A stretch of 64,000 bases of DNA from Cenarchaeum sp. (GCA_965212015.1 OZ243037.1:416001-480000), one strand, 5' to 3'; shown: positions 29,901 to 40,601, counted from the first letter of the stretch. Notes: a model not told the origin generated them from the sequence alone. Made by a program: numbers and translations.

Positions 29901-30643
29901 TGCAGGTATGACTCTATTACCTTTTTGTTGGAAAGTATCCGGTCTGGCGCATCATCGGCAATAATGCGCCCGCCGTCTAGCACGAATGCGTGATCTGCGT
30001 ACTGTAATGCAATGTCAAGCCTGTGCTCTATTATCAGAAACGCCGTCCCCGTCTCCTTGCATATCGAGGTTATCTGCGAAAAGATGCTGTGTGCCAGAGT
30101 CGGGTTTATCCCGGCTATCGGCTCGTCTAGTATCACCAGACTAGCATCGCTCATCAGGGCCTTGCCCAGCTCGAGGAGCTTTATCTGCCCCCCGCTGCAG
30201 TCGTACGCCAGGGTGTTTTTCAGGTGCGAGAGGCCCAGGCGCTCCATTATCTTTGTCGCCCTAGAGACGGTTTCGGACTCTTGTCTCTGCCATTTTCTGC
30301 GCCACAGCGCAAGTGCAAAGGACTCGCCGGGGCTCTTGTGGGCAAGCAGCAGGTTTTCTAGGACTGACAGGTTTGAAAAGAGCCGGGGCGTCTGAAAGGT
30401 CCTGATTATCCCGTGCCGGAACACCCCGTGAAGCGGCATTCCGGATATGTCCACGTCTGAGAATATCACGCGTCCGGTATAGTCAGTTATCAGCCCGGTG
30501 ACGCAGTTTATCAGCGTGGTCTTGCCCGAGCCGTTTGCCCCCATCAGCAGGTTTATCCTGTCCGGTATTATCCTTATACTCGCGCCGTCAAGCGCCTTGT
30601 TGCCCCCGAACTTTTTCTCTAGATTATCGATTACCAGACTCAA
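29897..30643 (-). CDS. livG: Branched-chain amino acid ABC ATPase (LivG-like)
   Basis: GANGSGKTT, RTFQ, LDEPIAG, IIEH. Confidence 0.9.
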   Translation of the reverse strand: MSLVIDNLEKKFGGNKALDGASIRIIPDRINLLMGANGSGKTTLINCVTGLITDYTGRVIFSDVDISGMPLHGVFRHGIIRTFQTPRLFSNLSVLENLLLAHKSPGESFALALWRRKWQRQESETVSRATKIMERLGLSHLKNTLAYDCSGGQIKLLELGKALMSDASLVILDEPIAGINPTLAHSIFSQITSICKETGTAFLIIEHRLDIALQYADHAFVLDGGRIIADDAPDRILSNKKVIESYLQ

Positions 30644-31926
30644 GATAGCGTGATAGAGTTAGACGAGGAATCGTAATGGCCGTACCCTATCCACTCCCCG
30701 TCAGACACGGTAAACAGCTCGTAATCTGCAATTTCCAGGTCGCCTGCATCGTTGAACTTTATGCTTCCGATGGCGCCAGTATACGACTCTGCAGTCTCTG
30801 ACAGCCCGTCTGCGATTATTTGGTGATCCAGGGTCTGCTTTTCTAGCATTGTGAGGCCCAAGAGCCACACCGAATCATACGAAGAGTATGCGTAAGAGTT
30901 GGGAGCGGAGCCTATCGTCTCTATCAGGTGGTCACGGACGCGCTCGTATTTTTCGTTTTTTGCAGCGGAAAACTGCGCTGCCACAAAGGTAACGTCGGTT
31001 GCAAACTCGGAGGATATGCGGTCCTCAGTTATGGCATCGTCGTTTGCAGATCCGTCAGAGCCGTACCAGCGCACGCTGTGCAAAACGTCGTAAGAGTTTG
31101 CAGAGTTCATAAAGTGCACCACCTCGCTGAATCCGATCATCAGTACTGCCACCTCTTCGGCAGAATACTCCTCGATGTACCGCTCTACAGAGTCCGCCAG
31201 CAGCGAGGCCTCTGTGGAGAAAACCGTAATCTCCGGATTGTACCGGATGCCCTCATCAAAGGCGCCGCCCAGCTGCACGTAGGAATCCTGCGTGGACTGG
31301 AAGAGTCCGTCGCCCCACACATCGCCCCTGTATATCGGCACGACCACCTTTATGCCGTCGGCAGTCAGCAGTTCTGCTAGCACCTTGCCCTGCTTTGTGT
31401 CATCAGGGATTAGCCGGAATATGTTGTCCGGTATTGCGAGCTTTGGCGACGTGGAGCTCGGCGATATCATTAGCATGTCGTTGGAATCGGCGTATGACTT
31501 TACATTGAGCAGCTCGGCGCTCGTCTCTGTGCCCAGAATGAACTTTATTCCCTTTGAGTTCAGGGACTGGATCTTTTCTAGCGCGACTATGGGGTCTGTC
31601 TGCGTGTCCTCGTGTATCAGGTTCATCTGCCACGGCTCGCCGTTATCGCTCAGGTACGCGTTAAAGTCATCCGCCCCCAGCTGCGTGGCGATGATATTGT
31701 CCTCGCCGTGGCTTGCAATGTCTCCCGTGGCAGGCAGCAGCACGCCGACGTTCACCGTTTCGGGCAGTCCGGATGCCTCTGACTCGCCGCCTGTAACTGC
31801 AGGCTCGGCATCCTGCTCGTCAATTATTATGCCGGCATCCGGCTTGTTCATCTCAATCTGTGAAAAGCCAATAGAGCCTGCAACTATGCCGCCTATAATC
31901 ACTATAAAGATAATTCTCTTGTCCAA
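30640..31926 (-). CDS. Branched-chain amino acid ABC substrate-binding protein
   Basis: N-terminal TM, VGVLLPATG, SPSSTSPKL, FRLIPDD; TTG start inferred. Confidence 0.88.
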   Translation of the reverse strand: MDKRIIFIVIIGGIVAGSIGFSQIEMNKPDAGIIIDEQDAEPAVTGGESEASGLPETVNVGVLLPATGDIASHGEDNIIATQLGADDFNAYLSDNGEPWQMNLIHEDTQTDPIVALEKIQSLNSKGIKFILGTETSAELLNVKSYADSNDMLMISPSSTSPKLAIPDNIFRLIPDDTKQGKVLAELLTADGIKVVVPIYRGDVWGDGLFQSTQDSYVQLGGAFDEGIRYNPEITVFSTEASLLADSVERYIEEYSAEEVAVLMIGFSEVVHFMNSANSYDVLHSVRWYGSDGSANDDAITEDRISSEFATDVTFVAAQFSAAKNEKYERVRDHLIETIGSAPNSYAYSSYDSVWLLGLTMLEKQTLDHQIIADGLSETAESYTGAIGSIKFNDAGDLEIADYELFTVSDGEWIGYGHYDSSSNSITLS

Positions 31927-32041
31927 TATGGTCACGGTTTTTGGTGCATATTTAATATTTTGGATCGCAGCGGGGCAAGCGCGGATACAGTTACAGCTGC
32001 AATATCTACACATTTAATCGACTGCACACCGTATCTTACTG

Positions 32042-33337
32042 ATGGTCTTTGGATGGGGAAGGGTGAAAAAACCCGGCGGCGTGCCGGAGGCAGTCGCAGA
32101 CCCGGTGAGGCGGGACATATCCATGGACGACATTGAAAAGATTTTGGCGGATCTGGCAGACGTCAGGGCCAAGACGCTGGTTTCGCAGACTGCCTCGCTT
32201 GGGGCAAAGATCACAGCGCAGCTCGGCGAGATCAGGGGAATTGCGGTGGCGCTGGAGCAGGACAGCCTAAACGTAGATGACATCGACAAGCACCTAAAGG
32301 CCATCGTGGAGCGCGGAAAAAGGCAGGTCATTGCCACAATCAAGGAGGAGACGTCCGAAGGACTGGCCGACGTCAGGACAGTTGATGACGTCCTGGCGCT
32401 CAACGGCGCGGCCGGCCGCTCGCTTAGGCGCATCGGCGACGTGCTAGGCAGGCAGACGCGCGTCATACACCTGTTTGCCAAGAAATACGCCGGAAAGCTA
32501 AAGGCGATTCTATCTGAGCTCAAAGACGACAAGGAGGCAATGCAGTCGCTGGTGGACAACCACAAGGCGCTAGAGGGCGGAATATCCGACATACGAGGCA
32601 GCATTGCCTCGATAAAAAAGCTGAGATCCACGCTCGGCCAAAAGTCCAAGAGGATAACCGTGTTTGAAGAGTCCATGGCGGATCTTGAGAAAAAGACCGC
32701 GCAGATAACATCAGACGTGGAGATGATCAAAAAATCCGGCGAATACAAAGAGTTTCTGCGGATTCGCCAGTCACTTGAGGGGCTTGACTCCGAAAGGCGC
32801 GGCCTCCGCCGGGAGGTAAACGACCAGTTCACGAAAATCTCAAGGCCGCTGGGCAAGTACGAGTATGTCTCCTCGATGGACAAGGATCAAAAAAACCTGC
32901 TGCACGATCTCGTCTCCGATCCGTTCGAGGCCATATCGCACGATCAAAAAACCAGCATCATAACCATACTGCAATACGTGAGAAAGGGGGTGGTGGCAGG
33001 CTCAGTCTCAGTCAAGGACGCAGGCAAGTCAGTCCAGTTCCTAGACGAGACAACTGAGCTCCTAGACTCGCTGATACGGCAAAAAGAAGAGTTTACAGGC
33101 AGGCAAAAGGCGCTGCAAGACAAGCTGGCAGCCTTTGATGTGAGCCGTTTTGACGGCAAGACTGCAGAGCTTGACAAGACAGTGGCCAACCGCGACGACG
33201 CAGAGTCGAAAATACAGCAGTTCCGGGCCGACATTGACGAGATAGGCAGGCTCATTCCCAGGACGGTCTCGGACATTGAGCGGACCCTACAGGACATATC
33301 GTCAGTAATGTACGTGATAAGGTCTGAAAACTCTTAA
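32042..33337 (+). CDS. Long coiled-coil hypothetical protein
   Basis: 431-aa ORF rich in heptad-like K/E/L/D segments. Confidence 0.8.
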   Translation: MVFGWGRVKKPGGVPEAVADPVRRDISMDDIEKILADLADVRAKTLVSQTASLGAKITAQLGEIRGIAVALEQDSLNVDDIDKHLKAIVERGKRQVIATIKEETSEGLADVRTVDDVLALNGAAGRSLRRIGDVLGRQTRVIHLFAKKYAGKLKAILSELKDDKEAMQSLVDNHKALEGGISDIRGSIASIKKLRSTLGQKSKRITVFEESMADLEKKTAQITSDVEMIKKSGEYKEFLRIRQSLEGLDSERRGLRREVNDQFTKISRPLGKYEYVSSMDKDQKNLLHDLVSDPFEAISHDQKTSIITILQYVRKGVVAGSVSVKDAGKSVQFLDETTELLDSLIRQKEEFTGRQKALQDKLAAFDVSRFDGKTAELDKTVANRDDAESKIQQFRADIDEIGRLIPRTVSDIERTLQDISSVMYVIRSENS

Positions 33338-33360
33338 CTGACTGTGTGGTGCCGTGTGTG

Positions 33361-33762
33361 ATGTTCAAGAGAAAGGCGGCAGCCCCGGACAGAAGCGTGA
33401 CTATAACCATGGACGCCAGGGACGGGATTTTGTCGTTTTGCAAGATGAAGCACCCAAACGAGTGCATTCTCATCCTGAAGGGCAAGTCAAAGCGGGGCAA
33501 CATTGCAATCGACGGGCTGGTAATCCCGCCGTTTTCAGAGACCGGCCCCACGTTTGCCGGGTTTCCCCACAATTTTTTGCCGCTTGATATGAGCTATGTC
33601 GGAATAGTGCACTCCCACCCGAGCGGCTCAGCAGAGCCGTCCCTGACTGACCTGCACAATTTTTTCGGGCTCGTCTCGCTTATCGTAAAGTCGCCGTACG
33701 AAAACGACGACGTATTTGCGTGGGACAGCAGGGGCAACGGGGTAAAGATTACCACGGTATAG
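33361..33762 (+). CDS. JAMM/MPN+ metalloprotease (desampylase-like)
   Basis: HPNE...HSHPSGSAEPSLTD (E-HxH-S-D motif). Confidence 0.92.
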   Translation: MFKRKAAAPDRSVTITMDARDGILSFCKMKHPNECILILKGKSKRGNIAIDGLVIPPFSETGPTFAGFPHNFLPLDMSYVGIVHSHPSGSAEPSLTDLHNFFGLVSLIVKSPYENDDVFAWDSRGNGVKITTV

Positions 33763-33831
33763 GCACACGCCCGCATCCGGGCAGGCAGAAAAGCTGAAAA
33801 AACCTTATATGTATTTCAAGGCGTCAGGACA

Positions 33832-34152
33832 GTGTTGTTCAACTACAAGGTATACTTGGTATTTCTGGCAGTCTCGCTTGCCATAAGCTTTGGCCTGCAG
33901 TGGATTCTGCCGTTTCCGTACGGCCTGGGCGCGGTGCTGGCGCTTTTCATCGTCTTTCCGCTTATTTTGCGCAGGGGGTACATGAACCGCCTCAGGGGAT
34001 ACGGGAATTCCGGGACCGGCGGAGGGGGGTTTTTTGGAATCAACCGAGACACTGGCACCTCAGTAAAGTACGTCTGCCTGGTGTGCAGCAACAGGTACAA
34101 GGGCGGATCCTGTCCCCGGTGCGGATCAAAGATGAAAAGGGCCGACTTTTAG
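33832..34152 (+). CDS. Membrane protein with C-terminal zinc ribbon
   Basis: Two TMs, then CLVC...CPRCGS. Confidence 0.8.
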   Translation: MLFNYKVYLVFLAVSLAISFGLQWILPFPYGLGAVLALFIVFPLILRRGYMNRLRGYGNSGTGGGGFFGINRDTGTSVKYVCLVCSNRYKGGSCPRCGSKMKRADF

Positions 34153-34161
34153 CAGTTAAAA

Positions 34162-34479
34162 ATGACGCTTGACGATCTTTGCAAAAAGGTGATCTTTCAG
34201 AACTCTGTTGACGTATGGATAGCACTCTGCGGCGAGAAAAACGCAGACTGGGACGACATGGAGGGATACAAGAGGTTCATAAAACGGCTGCAAGACGGGG
34301 GCACTGCACTCAAAAAGTACTCGCTGTGCGTCAGCGACGCGCAGAGCGCAGATGCCTTTGAGCGAAAAAAGGCGGCGTTTGCCGAGTCGCTCTCAGAGAG
34401 CGGGGATCCGTGCGCCTCGGCGTACACGATAAGGCTGAGCGGCTCTACAATAGCCAAGCTGCGCGAGATGTGCCCCTGA
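34162..34479 (+). CDS. Hypothetical protein
   Basis: 105-aa ORF in an operon-like position. Confidence 0.7.
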   Translation: MTLDDLCKKVIFQNSVDVWIALCGEKNADWDDMEGYKRFIKRLQDGGTALKKYSLCVSDAQSADAFERKKAAFAESLSESGDPCASAYTIRLSGSTIAKLREMCP

Positions 34480-35841
34480 CTATCTTTTCAGACGGGGGTT
34501 TATGATGGCGTCTAGCGCGTTGCCCATGAACACGAACGCAAGGCCGGTGATTGCAATCATTATTCCCGGCGGGACTATCCACCACCACAGCCCCCTGGCG
34601 GCCGCACCGTAATTGTTTGCATCGTGCAGTATCTGCCCCCACGTCGGAAACGTGGGATCGCCGAGTCCAAGAAAGCTCAGCCCCGCCTCCGTGGTGATGG
34701 CGGCCGGAACCGATATCGCAATGCTTGCAAGCGCGTACGGAAGCAGCTGCGGCAGGATGTGCCTCAGTATAATCACGCGATCCCTTTGTCCCATGACCTG
34801 CGAGGCCTCCACGTATCCGCGCGTCCTTATCTGCAGCGCCATGCTTCTAGAGACCTTTGCCACGCCGACCCAGCCAAACATCATTAGAAATCCGATTACG
34901 ACAAATATGCTGCTGCTGATAGTTACTGCCAGGATTATCAGAAACGGAAGCGCCGGCAGCGCATAGATTACGTCGTTGAACCTCATCATCGACTCGTCAG
35001 TCAGCCGTCCCTTGTATCCTGCATAAACCCCGTATAGCAGCCCCATCATTACAGAGCCGACTGCCACTGCGATGCCGATGAACAGCGCAAGCGGGGTCCC
35101 CCAGACCAGCCCCACTGCCAGATCCCGCCGCAGCTCGTCTGTGCCCATTACGCCAAAGGCCTTTCCCCCGACTATCATCCTGGAATCCGTTATCTCTGCG
35201 TCGCCTGTTCCGTACAGGCCCACATCAAAGACATACCGTCCCTGGAGGACGCGGTGCTCTGCCAGCTCTGAGAATACCACGTCCTCAGACGAAAGGCCGT
35301 TCGTGGGAAACCCAAACGCCGCGGGGTTCAGGCGCAGCTGCTTTCTTAGCGAGTCGTCCGTCGAAAAGATCCTCTCGCTGTGCACGGCGCCGCCTGCGGC
35401 CTGCGGCAGCGATGCGGACAGCAGCCTCAGCTGCACGCCGTCTGGCCTGATCACCGACATTTGCAGCAGCGGGGATCCCGAATAGCTTGCGGAAAACTCG
35501 TAGATAAAGTCGCTTGGAAAATCGTCATACTCAAAGTCCAGCACGAATCTTTGCGCAGACGCAGTTATGCCCTCGCCGCGAAACGTCCCAGTCGAGGCCT
35601 CAAGGATTTTGTGCTCTGGTATTTTTTCTGCCAGAAACCAGTTTACCCAGGCCGGAACCGACGTCTTTGGAAAGGCAAGCCAGCTGTCGGGATTGTTCCA
35701 TTCCTGGAATGTCTCAACTGGGATGAATGCCATGGCAAAGACGGACACGCCGGAGAGCACGGCCAGTATTCCGATTCCCGCCACCCCCATCTTTGAGCGC
35801 CTGAACTCCCGCAGGATCTCCTGCGAGCTGGCGCTACTCAT
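34480..35841 (-). CDS. Peptide/nickel ABC permease (DppC/OppC-like)
   Basis: MGTDELRRD, YVEASQVMG, RHILPQ, EAGLSFLGLG. Confidence 0.92.
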   Translation of the reverse strand: MSSASSQEILREFRRSKMGVAGIGILAVLSGVSVFAMAFIPVETFQEWNNPDSWLAFPKTSVPAWVNWFLAEKIPEHKILEASTGTFRGEGITASAQRFVLDFEYDDFPSDFIYEFSASYSGSPLLQMSVIRPDGVQLRLLSASLPQAAGGAVHSERIFSTDDSLRKQLRLNPAAFGFPTNGLSSEDVVFSELAEHRVLQGRYVFDVGLYGTGDAEITDSRMIVGGKAFGVMGTDELRRDLAVGLVWGTPLALFIGIAVAVGSVMMGLLYGVYAGYKGRLTDESMMRFNDVIYALPALPFLIILAVTISSSIFVVIGFLMMFGWVGVAKVSRSMALQIRTRGYVEASQVMGQRDRVIILRHILPQLLPYALASIAISVPAAITTEAGLSFLGLGDPTFPTWGQILHDANNYGAAARGLWWWIVPPGIMIAITGLAFVFMGNALDAIINPRLKR

Positions 35842-36889
35842 AGCCGGTCCTCACCCGCGGATCAAAGTACCCGTAGAGCAGATCCGCCACCAGAATGCTT
35901 GCAAGAAAGAACACCGTAAGTATGTAGGTGGAGCCGATGATGACCGGAAGATCCAGCACCGTGATTGCCTCAAAGTACAGCCTGCCCATTCCGGGCCAGT
36001 CAAAGACGGCCTCGGTGATTATCGCGCCCCCGAGTGATCCCGACAGGCTGAGGGCCAGGACTGTTATTATCGGCGGTGCTGCGTTTTTTAGCGCATGCGC
36101 ATAGATTATTCTCCTTTTCGCTATTCCGATGGTCCTTTTGGCTGCAACAAAGTCCTCCTGCATTATTCCGACCATAAAGTTCCTTACAAGGTACGCCCAC
36201 GATCCAAAGCCGATCAGCACTATGGTGATGAGCGGAAGCGCCATGTGGTATAGTAGGGCCGCAAGATATCCGGGATCCGCCGGCGCCAAGCTCGGCGTTG
36301 CGCGCGCGGGAAACACCTGGTATACGAACGCAAAGACGAATATCATGAGCATTCCGACCCACCACACCGGAAAGCTCGAGCTGATTACCGCAAAAGTCGA
36401 CGTGAGCCTGTCAGTCTTTGATGCCACCTTGCTTCCGGCCAGCGCCCCGAGAAATATCCCGATGACTGAGATTATCATGGTGGCGCTGGTAAACAGCAGG
36501 ACTGTCTTTGGCAGCCTCTCAAATATAATCTCGCCCACGTCAGAGGAGCCCGTATCGCTGGTCAGAAACACGGCCTGCCCGAAATCAAGCAGTATTATCT
36601 TGTACATGGCAAGCCCGATTCTCTGCGGGGAGTACCACGGCTCGTCTAGCCCGAGGGCCGACATTCTTTGCCGTATCTGAGAGTCAACATAGTCCTCAAA
36701 CTCATCCACCGAAGAAAAGCTGTCAGCCGCCGCGCTTTCGGCAAACTCGCTTCTCACCTGAAATACAATCCCCTGCTTTAGGATTGCATCCATATTCGAG
36801 CCGACTAGCGCGATTGTAAGCAGCAGCGTTATCATCAGGACCCCAAACATGGTAAGCAGCCTAGTGCCGATGTACTTTTTCAGGCCCAT
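35834..36889 (-). CDS. Peptide/nickel ABC permease (DppB/OppB-like)
   Basis: EDFVAAKRTIG, HALKNA, ITEAVFDWPGMG; ATG 36889. Confidence 0.92.
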   Translation of the reverse strand: MGLKKYIGTRLLTMFGVLMITLLLTIALVGSNMDAILKQGIVFQVRSEFAESAAADSFSSVDEFEDYVDSQIRQRMSALGLDEPWYSPQRIGLAMYKIILLDFGQAVFLTSDTGSSDVGEIIFERLPKTVLLFTSATMIISVIGIFLGALAGSKVASKTDRLTSTFAVISSSFPVWWVGMLMIFVFAFVYQVFPARATPSLAPADPGYLAALLYHMALPLITIVLIGFGSWAYLVRNFMVGIMQEDFVAAKRTIGIAKRRIIYAHALKNAAPPIITVLALSLSGSLGGAIITEAVFDWPGMGRLYFEAITVLDLPVIIGSTYILTVFFLASILVADLLYGYFDPRVRTGYE

Positions 36890-37121
36890 AAGACCCACAC
36901 CAAAAATCTGCTTATAACAATTTGCGGGATTGCCCGCCTGATGCACGATGCGATCCTGCACAAGGCCACCTCCGGTGCGGATTTGCCAAAGTGCCAAATC
37001 CCGTTTGCAGTGCCGGAGACTCGCAGCAGCCTGAACTTTGCGGCCAAGGGAGGGCTGGTTTTTGGCATTTTGGGCAGCGGTTTTTATTTCATATATAAAA
37101 GACTGGGCAATATGACTGGAC

Positions 37122-38600
37122 ATGTATGCAGGCGAGCTTTGAGTACAATCCGTGGTGGAGGGACAAAAAGGCAATGACGACCCGCAAATCAAGGACTGGG
37201 AAGAGTCAAGGCTAAAATGGGATCCCAGACTGCGATGTACCTTCAAGGCAGACGACCGCATTTACTCGCTGCGAGGCCTGCGCCAGATTGGAAAGACCAC
37301 CCTCATCAAGCTAGAGATCCGCCAAAAACTAGAGACTGTTCCAAAATGGAACATTGTATACTATTCATTTGAGCTAGAAAGCAGCCCCAGAGACGTCATT
37401 GGTGTGATTGACGAATATTTTGACAGGGCAAAACAGACCGATATGAAAAGAAAATTCATGTTTCTTGACGAGATTTCCAATATTCAAAACTGGCAGCAGG
37501 CAATTAAAAAACTAAAAGATCAGGGAAAGCTCAAAGATTGCACGGTAGTTGTCACAGGATCCCATTCCATGGATATCCGTCATGCGACAGAACTGCTTCC
37601 GGGAAGGCGCGGGGTGCCCACAAGTGAGACGCTAGACAAAATCCTGCTTCCGATGAAATTTGGAGAATATGTCAAAACCATCGACAAACAAATTGGGAGG
37701 TTCATGGACAAGGAGGGCATTGCTGCCGCAAAAAGATTGTCCATAATACAAAATTTGGCACAGGGAAAAATTGACGAATTGATCGAGCTGTCCGTATATC
37801 AAAAGGAGTTAAACAGGCATTTTGACAATTATCTGCTTACCGGGGGAATTCCGGTAGCCATTAATGAGTTTTTGAGGGAAGGGTTTGTCCCAGATTCCAT
37901 CTATCAGACATATCTGGATGCCATAGCTGGAAATTTAAAACACGTCGATTACGACATGTCACAAGTGGTTAAGATAATCCCCAACATAATATCAACAGTT
38001 AGCACACCCACATCATGGAGATCACTGACAAAAAATTCCGACATCAAAAGCCACCATACTGTAGCCGAATATGTAAAAATCCTGGAAGACATGTTCGTAT
38101 TACAGGTTTTCTACAGATATGACGCTGCAAAAGACAGGGCAAAATTCGACGGGAACAAGAAAATATATTTTCACGATTCATTTTTTCTTCACGCATTAAA
38201 CGGCCTGATTGCCCAAAAGGAATCATTCAAGCTGAGCATGAAATATTTGGACAATCCGGGATTAAAAAGCAGGCTTGCAGAACAGACTGTCGCAAATCAT
38301 GCAGTTTCCCTTGCATTTAACACGTCAGGGCGCAAGTCGGGATTCGAATACCAATCCTCAGTATTTTATTGGAGGAGCAAGTCCGGACGCGAGGTGGATT
38401 TTGCAATCAGAGACGGCGAGTCCCTCATTCCAATAGAGGTGAAATATCAAAATCAGATCAAAAACGACGACCTGTACGGCGTGAATGATTTTAGAAAAAC
38501 CGCCAGGGCAAAAAACGGAATCATTCTGACAAAAAACGATCTGCGGGTAAAATCAGGAGTCTCACTTGTGCCAGTATCGCTATTTTTGCTGCTTGTCTGA
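37122..38600 (+). CDS. AAA_14/DUF4143 ATPase-nuclease-fold protein with a frame-disrupted 5' end (possible pseudogene)
   Basis: GLRQIGKTT, FLDEI, TGS, GGIP, KKIYFHD, EVDF, IEVK. The N-terminal NPWW motif lies in a different frame from the main ORF (37152-38600). Confidence 0.8.
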
Positions 38601-38833
38601 GCCGGCCGCAGGCGCTAGGCCGGCGGTTCGACCACACACAGGAAGGCCATACGGGCGGCAAAATGATGCGTTTTTCTCATCCCCGGCGGACTCTTGCCGA
38701 TGCGGGCCCCGGGCAGTCGGGGAGACACACGGCCGGATTTGTGCGAGATTCGTTGTGCCACGAGTGGCACTGCCCGCACGCCGTCAGGGCTTTTTAAATA
38801 CGGCGCATGCATCATACAGCTACAGGATGCAAG

Positions 38834-39073
38834 ATGAGCGAGGGCACACTCCGCAAGGCAAGAAAGCTAGTCCGGGACGGATGCGTCGTAAGAATTGAGG
38901 ACGGGCTGTACCAGATAAAGTCCTCAAGTGATCCGGAAAAATCGTACATGGTCACGCCGGACTCGTGCGAGTGCCCCGGCTTTAAGAACTTTTACAGGTT
39001 TCACCACGGAAAGGGGCTAAAGGCCAACTGTTCCCACCTCGAGGCGCTGCGCATTTTCGTGCAGGAAAAATGA
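38834..39073 (+). CDS. SWIM-type zinc-finger protein
   Basis: SCECPGF...CSH. Confidence 0.8.
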   Translation: MSEGTLRKARKLVRDGCVVRIEDGLYQIKSSSDPEKSYMVTPDSCECPGFKNFYRFHHGKGLKANCSHLEALRIFVQEK

Positions 39074-39116
39074 CCCGCAGTCAGCAAATCCCCGCGTGCG
39101 TCCCGGGGCAAAAGTG

Positions 39117-40247
39117 CTAGCCCGCAGTATGGTTTACCGGAATAATGCTGGTTCCGTTGATTATAAATTCCGCAAATGTCCCATTGACGTTGAGCAGAAT
39201 CCGGGACCCGCTCAGTCCAATCTGGATCTCTGTACCGTTAAGGCTGACAGATGCGTTTTGAACCGCATCTATGGGGTTTGTAAGGTTTATTGCAATAGAG
39301 TTTATGGCAGTAGAGTTTGTTAGTGTAGAGTTTGTCAAGGTAGAGTTTGTTAGTGTAGAGTTTGTTAATGTAGAGTTTGAATCCTTGTGCGCCTCGGTCT
39401 GGTTTCCGTACGTGACTATCTCCATCATCTCCCTTGACACGGCAAGCTTTTCAAGGTACACCTTTCTTGCGTCCTCGTACGTGCCGCCCTGCGTCAGGAC
39501 CTCGTCCATCGCATTCCGGGCGCCCTCAAAGACGTTTATCGTGTGGTTTATCTGCCTTTTGATGGTGTCCTTGATCTTTGGGTCCACCTTGTTGATAAAC
39601 ACGTCATAGCCCCTGCCAGAAAACGTTCCGGCCCCGGGGTTTTTCTCGTCGATGATTTTCTGCGTCTGCACGTCTGTCTGGTTTCGCATTTCGGCCAGGC
39701 TTGCGTTTGCCTCATCAATGGAGCGCTGTACCGCCTTTTCCTCAAGCAGCTTTGCGTACAGATCCTGGTAATGCCAGTACAGCGCCTTGCCCGTGGGATT
39801 GTCCCCCAGGCCTGCGGGATCCAGTCCCAGGTATTTTTTGGCCTCGTCAGTCTCTAGCAGCCGTTGCGTGTGGGCATACGCGGTAATCTCGCCTGTTACC
39901 CTAAAGGTGGCGCTTCCAAGCCCAATCCTGTCGCCCTGCGTGGCCCTAATGTTCACCACGTGCTCCCCGGGAAGCAGCCGGAGTCCGGCAAGCTCGTGGG
40001 AGAATCCCCCCGTATCGTTTGACATTACCTGTACTGTGCCCTGCCCGTTTCTCATCTGTACGGTGGCATTGGCCACCGGCTTGCCGGCATGATCGACTAT
40101 CAGGCCGGAGATTATCGGGTTTTGTCCCTCGGGGAGCGGCGCGTTTTCCACCTGTGCGGTTATCAGCAGATCCCACAGGGTGGACTCTGCTAGCGGAACG
40201 CCTGAGAGTACGACTAGCCCCGCAAGTACGAGTATGGGCCTTAGCAT
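39117..40247 (-). CDS. Secreted protein with carboxypeptidase-regulatory-like Ig domain and N-glycosylation-rich tail
   Basis: Signal peptide, ISGLIVDHAGKPVANATV, (NSTLT)4. Confidence 0.8.
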   Translation of the reverse strand: MLRPILVLAGLVVLSGVPLAESTLWDLLITAQVENAPLPEGQNPIISGLIVDHAGKPVANATVQMRNGQGTVQVMSNDTGGFSHELAGLRLLPGEHVVNIRATQGDRIGLGSATFRVTGEITAYAHTQRLLETDEAKKYLGLDPAGLGDNPTGKALYWHYQDLYAKLLEEKAVQRSIDEANASLAEMRNQTDVQTQKIIDEKNPGAGTFSGRGYDVFINKVDPKIKDTIKRQINHTINVFEGARNAMDEVLTQGGTYEDARKVYLEKLAVSREMMEIVTYGNQTEAHKDSNSTLTNSTLTNSTLTNSTLTNSTAINSIAINLTNPIDAVQNASVSLNGTEIQIGLSGSRILLNVNGTFAEFIINGTSIIPVNHTAG

Positions 40248-40466
40248 GGCCTGGAATCCTGATTTGAGTTGTTAAGACTCGACATCTAGATTATTTTACG
40301 CCTGTGGGTAAGAATTGTTGATCAAGTGCGGGCCTGTCGCGCCCCGGTTTTTGCCGGCAGATGCGCGTTTTTCTGTAAAACCCGGTTTTCTGGCTTGTCG
40401 TGCAGTCTTTTGGCGTACGGGGCCCGAATCGAAAAACTTTTCAAACTATGCCGTATAACGTAATGC

Positions 40467-40601
40467 ATGATATGCGGCGCCTGCGAGAAGAGAAGGCACT
40501 TTGAGTGCATCGACTGCAAAAGCGATCACAGCACCTGCCTGTGCGGGTGCGACTGCCACGACGAGGCCACAAAGTCCCACAAGGAGCAAGAAAAGCACTG
40601 A
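40467..40601 (+). CDS. Cys/His-rich microprotein (44 aa), metallothionein/zinc-binding-like
   Basis: MICGACEKRRHFECIDCKSDHSTCLCGCDCHDEATKSHKEQEKH: 8 Cys, 5 His; below the ORF-track cutoff. Confidence 0.65.
   Translation: MICGACEKRRHFECIDCKSDHSTCLCGCDCHDEATKSHKEQEKH

Noticed and set aside
32014-32883. 289-aa minus-strand ORF (also 54041-54637, 20596-21588 and similar long overlaps)
   Set aside because: Antisense or alternate-frame shadows of well-supported genes, with Ser/Arg-rich non-protein-like composition.
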